A DNA stretch of 64,000 bases from Octopus vulgaris. Its lineage: Eukaryota. This document shows positions 52,364 to 64,000 of this stretch, piece after piece; the first letter of the stretch is position 1; the number at the start of each line of letters is the position of its first letter. The DNA is taken from the NCBI GenBank assembly GCA_951406725.2, contig OX597814.1, positions 115,816,001 through 115,880,000 on the forward strand, written 5' to 3'. The notes below the pieces were generated by a model that was not told where the DNA came from, ran no database searches, and worked only from the letters and a program-made list of their open reading frames with translations. Position numbers and translations under genes: made by a program.

Positions 52364-53277
52364 ACTAATTTTAGTGCGTTATTCTCTTTTTTCTCTTTTA
52401 CTTGTTTCAGTCATTTGACTTCAGCCATGCTGGAGCACCGCCTTTAGTCGAACAAATCGGCCCCAGGACTTATTCTTTGTAAGCCTAGTACTTATTCGAT
52501 CGGTCTTTTGCTGAACCGCTAAGTTACGGGGACGTAAACACACCACCATCGGTCGTCAAGCGATGCTGGGGGGGTGGTGGGGGGCTACTTTTATTCATTT
52601 CATTTGCCATAGAGGCAGTACAGAAATGAGTAGCTTTGCGGGCTGGACGAGACATTGATGAGGCGAATGATAATAATACAAGATAAGGATGGGAGAAGAC
52701 AGAAAGCGCCCGCCGACCCTCTGCTTCTCTATAACATTGTTCTTTTAATAAGACACATCTTGAGGTAATAACCCTCTTACAATTTACAATATTTTACAAT
52801 TTCTTTGGACTAACAAGTACATTACAACTAAGAACACTACACACGCGCCTATCCTTACTTGATAAATATTATAAACCAGGTCACGCCAAGTTTAATACGA
52901 TGAATTATTTACTGAAAATAGTTAGCTGTGCTTCTACTACTAATCAAAAGTTAAGCTATTTATATCCACGTATACAGACGGTAACTTAACCGAGTCGTGT
53001 GAGAGCAAAGGTTTCCTTGTTTCAGTTCTGTGCGATTTGAGTTCAAATACCACTGAGGTCAGGTTTGTGTTTTACCATTTCGGAGCAGTTACAGAAACAG
53101 TTAGGCACAATCAGTTTTTTTATTCTTTCTCTTTGTCAGACGGACTTTCTATTTCTGACAAAAAAAAGTGTTCGTATATAAAGGTAAATGTGCTCCGCCA
53201 GGTTTAAAATCCCTTAACACATGCGGTACGTAACTGTATCTTGACGTGCTAGTATTTTTTCTGCGTGAAGCCTATTT

Positions 53278-53704
53278 GGATCTTTTCGGTTTGAACGGCA
53301 GTTTTTTCTAGCGGTGTCATATGAAATTGTCACCCATAATTATGACCCTAGTATCGATCTATTGCATTTCAATCTGTTTTAGGGTTAGGTTAGGTTAGGG
53401 GTGGGGGGAATGGTATCTTTTTGGTCTTCAGAAATGTAAATAAACCCAATCTGTTTCTTAAACGAGGGACATATTCATATGGCACAGAATGTTTTCACCT
53501 CAATAGACGTCATTGATTGGTTGAAATTGCTGAAACTGAAGAAAAAAAAGAACCCAACAAATATCTTACAAACTATAGAATTTTCACAATAAAGCCAAGA
53601 GAAAAAGATGTTTTATAAACACATTCTACCAGTATACGAAGTTTAAGCGTTTAGTGACGTGGACATTATAAAAACAAAAACTGCCGTTCAAACCGAAAAG
53701 ATCC
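53278..53704. mobile_element. MITE family M (inverted relative to 51959-52363)
   Basis: Both TIRs and an 8-bp TSD GCCTATTT. Confidence 0.92.
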
Positions 53705-53789
53705 GCCTATTTTGCTATACACCATTTACAAATATGATATGTATTTGCATCTTAATTGAAAACTTATGAAGGCAGTTATTTCTCTTTAG

Positions 53790-53920
53790 ATAATCAATGT
53801 GATGTACTTGCAAAGGATGTAATGGAAAAGTTAGGTCGTAATTCGGGAAGGAAGTTTTTGGAATGGTTTGGCAACATCTTAAGGATTAAATTTGGCAATG
53901 CTGACATCACCTTTAGCCAG
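53790..53920 (+). CDS. Patatin-like protein, coding exon 3
   Basis: DNQCDVLAKD...GRKFLEWFGNILRIKFGNADITFSQ, phase 1 to 0. Confidence 0.88.
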
Positions 53921-54499
53921 GTAAGTCTATCTGATATTTTCGCCACAGTTTCTCTTCGTCGTTAGTGTTTAAAAGTGAGTTTGTCATAGCTGTGCATTCT
54001 GATGTTATATTCTCTAGGCATGACTGTGTGGTACACTTGAATACCTCCATTTAAGCGCTCGTGTGCATTCCCATTGAATTCCCCCATTTGAGTGCTCAAA
54101 TGCACTCCGATTAAGATCGCTTTTTCATTCGCAAAATGTGCTCCTTTTAATTTTGCTGAGATTCCTTTCAATTTTGGTGTATCGATACAACTGTGAATTT
54201 TGATCATATTCAACCAATCTCATGAACTAAAGAATCTGATGTTTGGAATATTTTAGCCAATCAACGGATAGTTAGATATTAACAGCTTGTTATCATGACA
54301 GAAAATTTGGCCAATAGGCTATAGATACAGTTTAAAAAAATTTTTTTTAAAGATTTTTAAACCGTTTTTCCTCCAATTTTTTTGTCCACAACATCATACC
54401 ATCATAACAATTAGTCCGGGAAGGTATATTATTACAGCTGATTTTCACATTTTTTTTTACTGTCTTTTAAAAAATGCATATTTTGCAAATGAAAAAAAT

Positions 54500-54870
54500 G
54501 TAGATCCAAGATTTCTCCACTTGAACACACACTCGTGGCACTCCGTCGGTTACGACGAGGAGGGTTCCAGTTGATCCGATCAACGAACAGCCTGCTCGTG
54601 AAATTAACACGTGAGTGGCTGAGCATTCTACAGACACGTGTACCCTTAACGTAGTTCTCGGGGAGATTCCGCGTGACACAGGATTTGACAAGGCTGGGCC
54701 TTTGAAATACAGGTAAAACAAAAACAAGAAGTTGTGGTGAAAGAGTATAGCAGGTTTCGCCTCCCTCCCTCCCGCCTGCCGGAGCTTTATGTGTTTTCAA
54801 CAAACTCTCTCAACGCCCTGTCTGGGAATCGAAACCGCGAGTCTGCTGTCCTAACCATTGTGCCTCCACT
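54500..54870 (-). mobile_element. tRNA-derived SINE
   Basis: Reverse complement of the head seen at 5461 and the tail seen at 17090-17270. Confidence 0.75.
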
Positions 54871-54930
54871 GGATACACATTAACAGAAAAAAAAAAGAAA
54901 ACACGTTCTCTTTCTCTCTCTCGCTCACAC

Positions 54931-55635
54931 AATCTAAGAAAAATGTGATTAAAAAAACCCCAAAAAAACTTAGATGTACGGCTCTAGCTCTCTCCCTTTC
55001 TCAGAGACACTCATTCCTTCCATGCGAAGGAAAGACGGAAGTTCGACCAATACTTACTTTCTCTTTTCTAACGAAAATAAACTGACTAGAAGAACTACAA
55101 ACATACTCTCTTGCCTAACTTAAATAACTAAAGGCAGTACTCACTCGCCGGCTGGCTACACTATAACATACGCACCACACCAGGCCATCAAAACAAGAGC
55201 GTAAGACACTAACTACAACATACAACTGTCTCTCTGTCTCTCTATCGCTCTGTCTCTCTATCGCTCTGTCTCTCTATCGCTCTGTCTCTCTCGCTCACAC
55301 ATATTAACAAAAATATTTACATGCTCACACACATACACACACACACACACACAATCTAAGAAAAATGTGAAAATGTGATTAAAAAAAAAAACTTACATGT
55401 ACGGCCCTCGCTCTCTCCCTTTCTCAGAGACACTCATTCCTTCCATGCGAAGGAAAGACTGAAGTTCGACCGATACTTACTTTCTCTTTTCTAACGAAAA
55501 TAAACTGACTAGAAGAACTACAAACATACTCTCTTGCCTAACTTAAATAACTAAAGGCAGTACTCACTCGCCGGCTGGCTACACTATCACATACGCACCA
55601 CACCAGGCCATCAAAACAAAAGAGTGATACACTAA
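54931..55635. repeat. Tandem direct duplication of ~285 bp (54931-55220 and 55352-55635)
   Basis: Two colinear, highly similar blocks. Confidence 0.85.
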
Positions 55636-55639
55636 TTAA

Positions 55640-55965
55640 CTCTGTGTGTGTGACCCCCTTCGGTTAGACACTGATCATGGGCTTGCACCTAGCATTACCA
55701 TCTGAGGCACAAGTCTGGGCAAGGTTGTTTTTATGGAAGACCAGCAGTCGCCCATGCATACCAGCCTCCCCTCTCCACACCACCAATGTTATGCAAGGGA
55801 AAGGCAAAAGCCGATACAGCTTGGCGCCAGTGATGTCGTAACTCATTTCTACAGCTGAGTGAACTGGAGCAACGTGAAATAAAGCGTCTTGCTCAAGAAC
55901 ACAACACGCAGCCCGGTCCGGGATTGGAGCTCACAACCTCACGATCGTAAGCTCGACGCTCTAAC
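55640..55965 (-). mobile_element. tRNA-derived SINE
   Basis: Reverse-strand tRNA-like head (TTAGAGCGTCGAGCTTACGATCGTGAGGTTGTGAGCTCCAATCCC) and a core shared with the SINE at 16948. Confidence 0.75.
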
Positions 55966-56707
55966 TACAACATAACATATCAGCACATTGTACTACACCA
56001 CATCAGGCCAGCAGAAGAAAAGAGAAACTAACACGAAAACTTATTCACTATCACATACGCACCACGCCATTTCCAGTTTGCTATTACCCCTTCCTTCCTT
56101 ATTCATATGTTGTGACGGAGGAAAACACGAGCATTATTATAGAAGTTTGTTATGCAGAGCACTCTCTCGACCCTTCGACATATTAGGGTCTAGGAAAACA
56201 GCAAATTCACACCTTCCCCACGTCTGTGGAAAAATGGCTATTACCCAATGGTCAGTCTGCATGCTAGATCAAAGCTGAAGGCCTCCAGTAACTTTCTGTC
56301 CCCGTTGCTCCTTTCCATATAGCTACTGGACTCAAGAAAGTGTGATGGGGTCTTAGTATGCTACGTAACCAAATATTATTGTAGGCATGGTTTGTGCAGA
56401 CCCAGTTCCGATATCTGATCCTTCAAACTTGTATTGATCTGGTGCAACAATTACAACGAGGAAAGGTTTGTATGGAGTTCGCTTCACTTAGATGAGCAGC
56501 GAAAGAGCTAAAAGCTGAATGGCCTCTTCCGCTTTGGGTCGATTGGAGTGTTTCTGAGCGACCTATTTCTGGATTCAATTACGTGATATGCTAGTTAACT
56601 CCGCAAATAAAACAAACATGGGAACAATGGTGGTTCAGAGATGGTTCTACGCTCCTGGAAACTCTGCAAGTTCCAAGCTAAGTCCTCACTCTCTCATTCA
56701 TTATATA

Positions 56708-57530
56708 CCGCAAATCCTCGAGTATAATCCGCATTCCACCTCACCCCAAATTTAAGGGTCAAATTCCCTAGTGCGTACTATATACGAGGCTAAAAATGAA
56801 AAATATTTTCTAAGCCATGTCCGAGTCTCTATTTTCATGTGAAAACTACTCCAGATGCTGTGATACATTTTGTGATGTCGGGCGCAAAAATACCTTAAGC
56901 AGTGAAGTAATAAAAGAATCATCCATAGCTTGCGGTAAGCATCATTTGTTAAAATAAAAGTATTCAAAACACACAATAATATGTAACAAAATTTGCAAAC
57001 ATATTTACATTCCCATATAACAGTTAAGAACATTACGATTATTGTATTACGCATGCACAGAGGCATTTGTTCGACTAAGTGCTGCTGGCTTAATTACGCA
57101 CGACTCACGTTAGAGAAGGTTTAGGCTTTTCAGAGGTACAGCCCCCTAAAAATCCCCTGCGTATTATACTCAAGGGCGGACAATACTCGAGGCTAAACCT
57201 GAAAGCAGTGAAGTAATAAAAAAAATCATCCATAGCTTGCGGTAAGCATCATTTATTAAAATAAAAATATTCAAAACACACAGTAACATGTAACAAAAAC
57301 AATTTGCAAACATATTTACATTCCCATATAACAGTTAAGAACATCACCATTATTGTATTACGCATGCACGGAAGTGTTTGCTCGACTAAGTGCTGCTGGC
57401 TTAATTACGCACGACTCCAGTTAGAGAAGGGGTGCGTATTATACACAAGGTTTAGGTTTTTCAGAGGTACAGCCCCCTAAAAATCCCTGCGTATTATACT
57501 CAAGGGCGGACTATTCTCGAGGATTTACGG
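56708..57530. mobile_element. Tc1/pogo-type MITE with an internal ~300-bp duplication
   Basis: TA|CCGCAAATCCTCGAGTATAATCCGC ... GCGGACTATTCTCGAGGATTTACGG|TA. Confidence 0.85.
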
Positions 57531-57686
57531 TAGTGTTTGTCTGTGTGTGTGTGCGCGCGCTTGTGAGTATATACGCATATGTTCGTGATAAATATTTGAC
57601 ACATAGTGGATATAGTGTGTGAGAACACACACACACATATATAATATAAACATTTATTACACAAACTGGATTATTTGACCTGACAG

Positions 57687-57822
57687 CTATATGACCAGAC
57701 TGGCAAAGAGCTCTGTATTGTTGTGATGAATCTTAGCCGGAGGTGCGAAGAATATTTTCATGTGAAAACTACTCCAGATGCAGTAATACGCCGTGCAGTT
57801 CTCATGACCATATCATTTCCAG
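57687..57822 (+). CDS. Patatin-like protein, coding exon 4
   Basis: LYDQTGKELCIVVMNLSRRCEEYFHVKTTPDAVIRRAVLMTISFP, phase 0 to 1. Confidence 0.9.
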
Positions 57823-59072
57823 GTATCTTGCATTTTAATCTCCGATAATGATCAATACTTTTCTGTTTCTAATCTTCTATCGAATTTCAGTTTCCAGCCT
57901 GTAACTGTACTAACGTGTGTAGTTTGTATAGTTTCAATACGCTTTAAATTATGAACAGAAGCTATGTTAGCACCTCGACATATATATTTGTATATACTAT
58001 AGTGTGAATAACTAGTTAATCATTCGTATAACTGTTCGAAGTAAAGTTCGTTACACGAGTCAACGGAGCCTCTACTTCGTAATTTTAGCCTTAAAAAAAA
58101 TTGCCAAATTCCGCTCAAACCACACTTTATAGTCGTCACAGAGAAAAACTCTTGGTACTTAGCTCAAGAATACATGAGCTTGCTCTATCAAGAGCTGGTT
58201 AAGAAGTAAAAGAACTGTTTAGTTTAAGCTGAGACCAGTGAAAGACAAAACAGATAACCACGAATACTTAGCCATTTTTCTAATTGCTGGTAACTCTTGG
58301 CATTCACATAGTTATAATACAGTTTTACAAATTCTGTTGTGTCTGGGGAGAGTCATTCTCTTTTAGTGCCTTATTTTTTAACACACTCACCGGTAAAATT
58401 TCCACTTATTTCTTATTTTTATTTTCTAAAATTTTCGTTGCGTCTTGCAACCTTTTCAATAGTCTTGACTCTCGTATAAAGAATCTTGCAAACCAAATCC
58501 AAAAACGAAATAGTTTTACAAATATTTTTTGTAATGCCAAGAAAATATGGCGTTCAAACAACTGAATAGACTTAGCGGAATTACGGGGCAGAGGTTAGCG
58601 GCAAATACCTTTTTATAATTCCAGTGAAACTATAATACGATATATTTTATATGTAATGAAGCATAATGTCCGGCGGTGTCAGGTGATTTAATTTTCTATT
58701 GGGTTATAACTCTATAGAAGTCATACGGAGAATTTCCTAACATTCGTGTAGTATTATCAATTTCAGTCTGCAAAATATAGCTACAAGATTGTATCAGTAT
58801 GTATTCTCAGCATTATACAATTGTGAATTCACAACTTAAGGCAAGTAAGGAGTATTCTTCAAATCACTGGGACGTAATGGCTACACCTACAAGTCAACTC
58901 TGATATAGAATATGGTAAATAACATAGTACGTGATATATGTATTATTATATGTGCTTGTCATACAATTGGTTATTATTGCCTGTCAGTTTATGGATGGAT
59001 ATCATTTTAGTTGCCGTGTGTGGTTTTGACACCGTTGTTGTGCGTAATATTGTTTTATAAACCAATTTTCAG

Positions 59073-59168
59073 GTATGTTTCAGCCAGTCAAGTACCATGT
59101 CGACGGGCAAGAATCGTATTACTTAGATGGTGGAATAATTTGCAATTATCCGATTAATTGCTTCGATG
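59073..59168 (+). CDS. Patatin-like protein, coding exon 5 (DGG motif)
   Basis: GMFQPVKYHVDGQESYYLDGGIICNYPINCFD, phase 1 to 1. Confidence 0.9.
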
Positions 59169-60608
59169 GTGGGTATGCAAATTCTTTATTGTTATTACTA
59201 TTTTGAGGGCAGAGGTAGATCCTTAAATCTATAGGGATCCTAATTTCGATAACGAATAATTTGGTGTGAATGTCTTTTTCTCTCTGTATAAACATATGAC
59301 CGAGGGACATCATCTGCACGAAAATGAAAGAAGCAACAGCATACTGTTGAGAGTAAATCTTCAAATCTTTCCCAGTATTGCTATGTAAACATTGCGATGA
59401 TGTTTTAAATTTCCCCGACATCTGACTTCACATATTTAATCCGTATTGAGTGTTCTGTTAGAAGCGCAAAACCTGAAATTTTGTGGGGAGGGTTACATGA
59501 ATCCCAGTGCTCGACTGATATATATAATCGACTAAAAATAAAGTACATGTATTCTCTCATTGGTTCGTTCGTCACTGACATGAGATAACACTTTACACTC
59601 AATTGTGAACCACGTTACACTTATCACGGATTGATCAGAGATAATGCGAGTTGTTGATCAACCGAAGATTCTGCTTGTACCGCAATCGTCCACAATGCTC
59701 AGTTAACAAGAATGTACTGATTATCACGACTTGTGACGCCGCGTATTTTCTGACAGATTTTCGTACTTATTGATCTGGAGCCATTGAGCAGAGAATACTC
59801 TGTACAGGGGGCAAAAAGGAACATACGAGATAGAGGGAGCTTCGCTGCTGTATGCTGTGAGTTTAGTGTCTATGAATCAACCATTCTTTCTATATATCAA
59901 GTGCGTGGAGAAATCCCGGTGATTAAACTAGGAAAGACGAACTGGAGGAGATTTAATATTCTTGTAAAAATGCGAGATGTGAGCTGTATTTATAAACTAT
60001 TCCCAGATGAGACAGATGATTGAAATGATTTCAGGTAGAATGAAATCATTAACTTCGCGGCAGATATCAGGCAACAGATTCCATTAAATCGACGAGTCTC
60101 ACACGAAGGAAAAAGACATGAAAATCATTTCGTCAGCTGTCTGTCCAAATAAAATTATTTCACTCCCCTTACGTTAATTTCCAACTTTGCGATTCTTTTA
60201 TTTTGCGATTTGGAGTTGCTACTTGTCTAAATTTAAAGTTAAAGGTTTGAATAAATCCGTTTACTTAGAATTAAAGCTTCATTTATTTTATACTTAGACA
60301 TTAAACAGTAACAAACTCAATGAGACGAGAAGGAAAACTTACTAGGCGTTATATCGTTATGCCTAGAATCGATGCACTCTACCAGCTTTTTTTGTTTTTA
60401 CTCGGAATCTGTAGAACAAGCCACACGAAATCTTTGTTAGACTATCGTAAGGAGTGGTTAGTTTGTAATGGGTTACAGTCGTTTAACATATTGTAATAGT
60501 CACATACGTACAGTATGTAATATATGTAGTGTGGTGAGGCTAATTAACAATTGCATTTAATGGAGATGAAATGGTTTAAATACTTATGAAAAACCATTTT
60601 ATATTCAG

Positions 60609-60733
60609 GTTGGTGGCTGTCGATGGAATCAAAGAACAACTTTGTGGATCAGTGTTGCTCTGCGGCTGATATTACAACTTTTTACAAAGGACGTTTCTTA
60701 GGCAAGAACTACGCCACACTAGGAATACTATTG
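60609..60733 (+). CDS. Patatin-like protein, coding exon 6
   Basis: GWWLSMESKNNF...NYATLGILL, then a GTGAGT donor, phase 1 to 0. The gene is incomplete in this window. Confidence 0.85.
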
Positions 60734-62214
60734 GTGAGTTACTTTATATAATTAAAGCAAAACATTTGCTTCAATTTTTACACTTTAGATTACATTATCT
60801 TCGTTTTGAGTTCATATCTTGCCAATGTCAGTTTATTTTTCTAGTAGTTCTCAACTGAAGGCGAAATAGATTTGTAGCTATAAATCTATGTACCATAAAA
60901 TATATAGATTTCTATATTTATAGATATGGATTTATACTTATACAGATTTGTATAATTCCCTAAAGATATATTTATACTTGTTTGTAATACCTATATAGAA
61001 AGGTAAAAATACTTATACTATTGGTAGCCGTGAACACTAATGATTACACTAATACAAATATCACTAATACAAACTACTTAAAAGTATTAGTTTGTTAGTA
61101 TTTGACCGGAATTAAGTAATTATTTGTTTAGAAGAGGTTTAACATTTCAGGCAGATCCTCTTATTTGATTTACGAGTGGCAGATATTGGAGCAACAGACA
61201 TCACTAAAGATAAATAAATGAAATAGAACTTTAAATCTGTTTCAGTATGACAACTCTCATTATACGGAAGAGTACTGTATTGTTAAGCAACAACTAAACA
61301 TGGCTAAGGCGAATTCATTGATACCCAACACGAAGCTTGGCAGGTATTTAATTACTAAACAATTTCCTAATCGTTTATATGTAGTTTGGAAATGGCCGAC
61401 TGGTAGTGAAGGAATTCGCTTCATAACTCTTTGGTTTCGTGTTTGTATCCGCAGCATCTTTGGGAAATGGCTTCTATATCCTCGGAGCAACGAAAGCTTT
61501 ATTATGGTAATTTGGAAGGCTGAAACTTAGGCTCAGTTGAAGAGACTATTTGTGGATGGTAGAATAATCGGTCTCTCTTGGATTTAAATAACGCTGACTC
61601 CTACAGAGTCCCAGGGCCCCGAGAAACAAAGTTCCGACCCGAGGAGAATTCCTTCCACCAATTATGATGCTGTAAAGGCCTCGACACTGTCATTGTTTTC
61701 TCTAAGACTTTAAAAAAACAAATCTCCTTAAATCAACTCCTTGTTACGATAGATTTAATCAGCTCTATACTTTAAAAAATTTACAATTTTTTTTCATCTG
61801 GTTTGAATTGTAAAAAAGAATTAACTGAAAGTTGTGTTAAGATAATTATGGCAAATAACTTAGTTTCAACAAACTCCGCCGCACCTACTTTCAACAAATT
61901 CGTAATAACTCCGCCGTCCTCGTAAGCACTGACACCCATTCTGTGACTATGGTTTTCAAAACGAACAAAAGCTTACTTTTGAAAGGCATATTGGTTAAAT
62001 TGTAGCTGGCTGTGCATTAGTATTATCTGAAGAGTTCATCATTACTATTCTAACTTTATATAGCTCAGATTTTGTCAAACCTTTTTTTTTTTCAGATTCT
62101 TTTAAATCACTCGAAACACAAAATCAGGTTGTGGCTATAATTTTAATTTCTCTTCTATTAAGCTAATCTCTACTGAACTAATTAAAACTCTTTGTAAATT
62201 GATATTTACCTAAG

Positions 62215-62316
62215 TTCAAATTTCTTGGCAGACAATTTAAAGATGCTTCAGAGATATCGATGTTACAAATGGATGTGTTTGAACGGTTTTCTGACAGCAA
62301 CGAACAATTTTGCATG
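62215..62316 (+). CDS. Possible patatin-like exon 7 (acceptor uncertain)
   Basis: A strong donor ATG|GTAAGT follows an open frame (...DASEISMLQMDVFERFSDSNEQFCM). No motif supports it. Confidence 0.3.
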
Positions 62317-64000
62317 GTAAGTTGTCTACTTTTGTCAGGTGACTGGCATGTTACCTAACAGTAACTAGGATTATTAGTTTCTACTAAGAAATTGTACTAG
62401 GAGTTAAGACCATCATAGTTATGGTTAAGCAAAATGAAAGCATCTAAAATCATTTTCTTGATCTAACATTAGTTTATGCATGCATCCATATTCTCATCCC
62501 AAATTTCCTTAAGGGTTGTGAGGGTAGACTTCAGATCTCACCCATAAGGCCTTATGAGAAACAACCTTCATTACACTTTGTGGCTGGATTCCCTATCGTT
62601 ACAAACTGAGATTATGGATAATATCCAATCACCTCGTTCTTAGTTTATCCTTTAGGTCTCTCGTCGATTGGTTCTGCTTGGAAACTCCGTCTTGTAACTC
62701 AAGTCCGTTTTATCGGAGCTATGATCTCTCACTGCGGAGAAGTAGAGGTTCAATCTGGAGAAACTCCTTAATCTTGGAGCTACAGACCTAGATGAGTAGT
62801 TACCAGCTGAATTTGAATCGGAAGACAGTGTCAGAAAAAGTGCTGATGGGCACTTTGTTCGACGTACTAACGAATCTGCTAGTTTGCTACTTCATGTTTA
62901 TAAGATCTTGCTGGACTAAATCCTTACCACATTATGCTTGCACTCAGGAGGATAAAATTAGAAAGCTTTTCATTGCAGATCACTTTAAGAAATCTGTCCA
63001 AATCTGTTTTCATATATTTTAATACACCACAACGAATGGTCTCCTTTGATCAAAATCCTTTGCAATATATTTTAAAACTGAAGTAAGAATAGACTTCAGA
63101 TTTTAAGTAACTGTAGCTTCCATAAAATTACATCCGTGTTATTGGGTATAATACAAATGGCAGCCGTTTTGTTGCAGTTGTTGGACAGCTTGAAAGATTG
63201 CGATGATGCTGTGGAAATAAATACATTGGCAAAAGTATTAAGCAGCAATGTAAGTAAAACCGTTAGATTCATCTTTCTTTACTCATCCCTGCACTACACA
63301 ATATTTTGACTTGGTTGTGATGTAAATAGTTGCATCTGAGATCCATATGGAAAAAGATCTGATCAGCTGCGAAGTTCAACTATTTCCGAAAACCATAGAC
63401 TGCACTGCTAAAGGATCGCTCACCAACACTCGTCAAGCATTAGCCCTACTTCCTGTCAGTCCTGAACCAGCATGTGATGTACTGAATGTTGTATGTCCTT
63501 TATACTTACTGTCCTTACTATCTTAACTGTCTATGTACCAAACCGTTTTCCAAGAGTTGGAGCATGTTGTTCCTCCACTCATCTTAAGAATGAACAGTTA
63601 ATGTTCAGTTTCATGCTTTATCACAAGCTTGGACAGACGTAAAATATTCACTGCCATTGTCAAATTAGAAGTAGAAATCAGTACTTTGACGCAAAAAGCT
63701 CTGTTTGTCTATCAAACTTCATTGAAAGCATTAATCAACTTGTCGAAGGAATAGACTATTGACGAAGGTGCAACGCCATGGGTTCGCAGTCGTAAGGACA
63801 TGGTTACTAAGCGAACATTTTTATGCACACAGCCGCCATGCCCGCGTCTATATAACTGATATTTTACAATAACACGCAATGTGTGACTCCCTGGTCAGGC
63901 AAATGGAGAGAAGAGTAAAACAACAAACGGAGTGGGTGACCATCATAAACTCTGAAGGCAGGCGAATATCATTCAAAGACTTTTCTCGCGAGTCATTGGT

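Larger units (their letters stand above)
47100..54390. repeat. Segmental duplication copy 2
   Basis: Matches 20737-26750. Confidence 0.95.

Noticed and set aside
61240-64000. Possible decayed coding or transposon sequence
   Set aside because: The composition is suggestive, but I found no recognisable motif or sustained frame.

Overview
AT-rich, repeat-dense eukaryotic genomic DNA with spliceosomal introns. The SINE/MITE repertoire resembles that of an octopod cephalopod (inference). Host coding content is a ~5-6 kb head-to-head cassette present twice (about 20737-26750 and 47100 onward). Each cassette holds the last two exons of a GNAT/glycine-N-acyltransferase-like gene (-) and a multi-exon ExoU/VipD-type patatin-like gene (+) with an MGxxxS N-terminus and degenerate catalytic motifs. 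Patatin copy 1 is pseudogenised and cut off by a ~10 kb repeat block: (GAACC)n, then (AACCT)16, then a 45+5n bp satellite containing a 100-N assembly gap. The most striking structure lies at 37080-44850: a Tx1/L1-type LINE followed by three head-to-tail ~1.78 kb ORF1-only retroelements, each bounded by the same 15-bp sequence. These elements share a poly(A)-less 3' tail with a fourth ORF1-only element, a LINE remnant and a SINE. Also present are a type I hammerhead-ribozyme-like motif, a MITE-mediated inversion, a 1.5 kb foldback, piggyBac/mariner/pogo/Gypsy remnants and long microsatellites. All calls come from reading the sequence; no searches were run.
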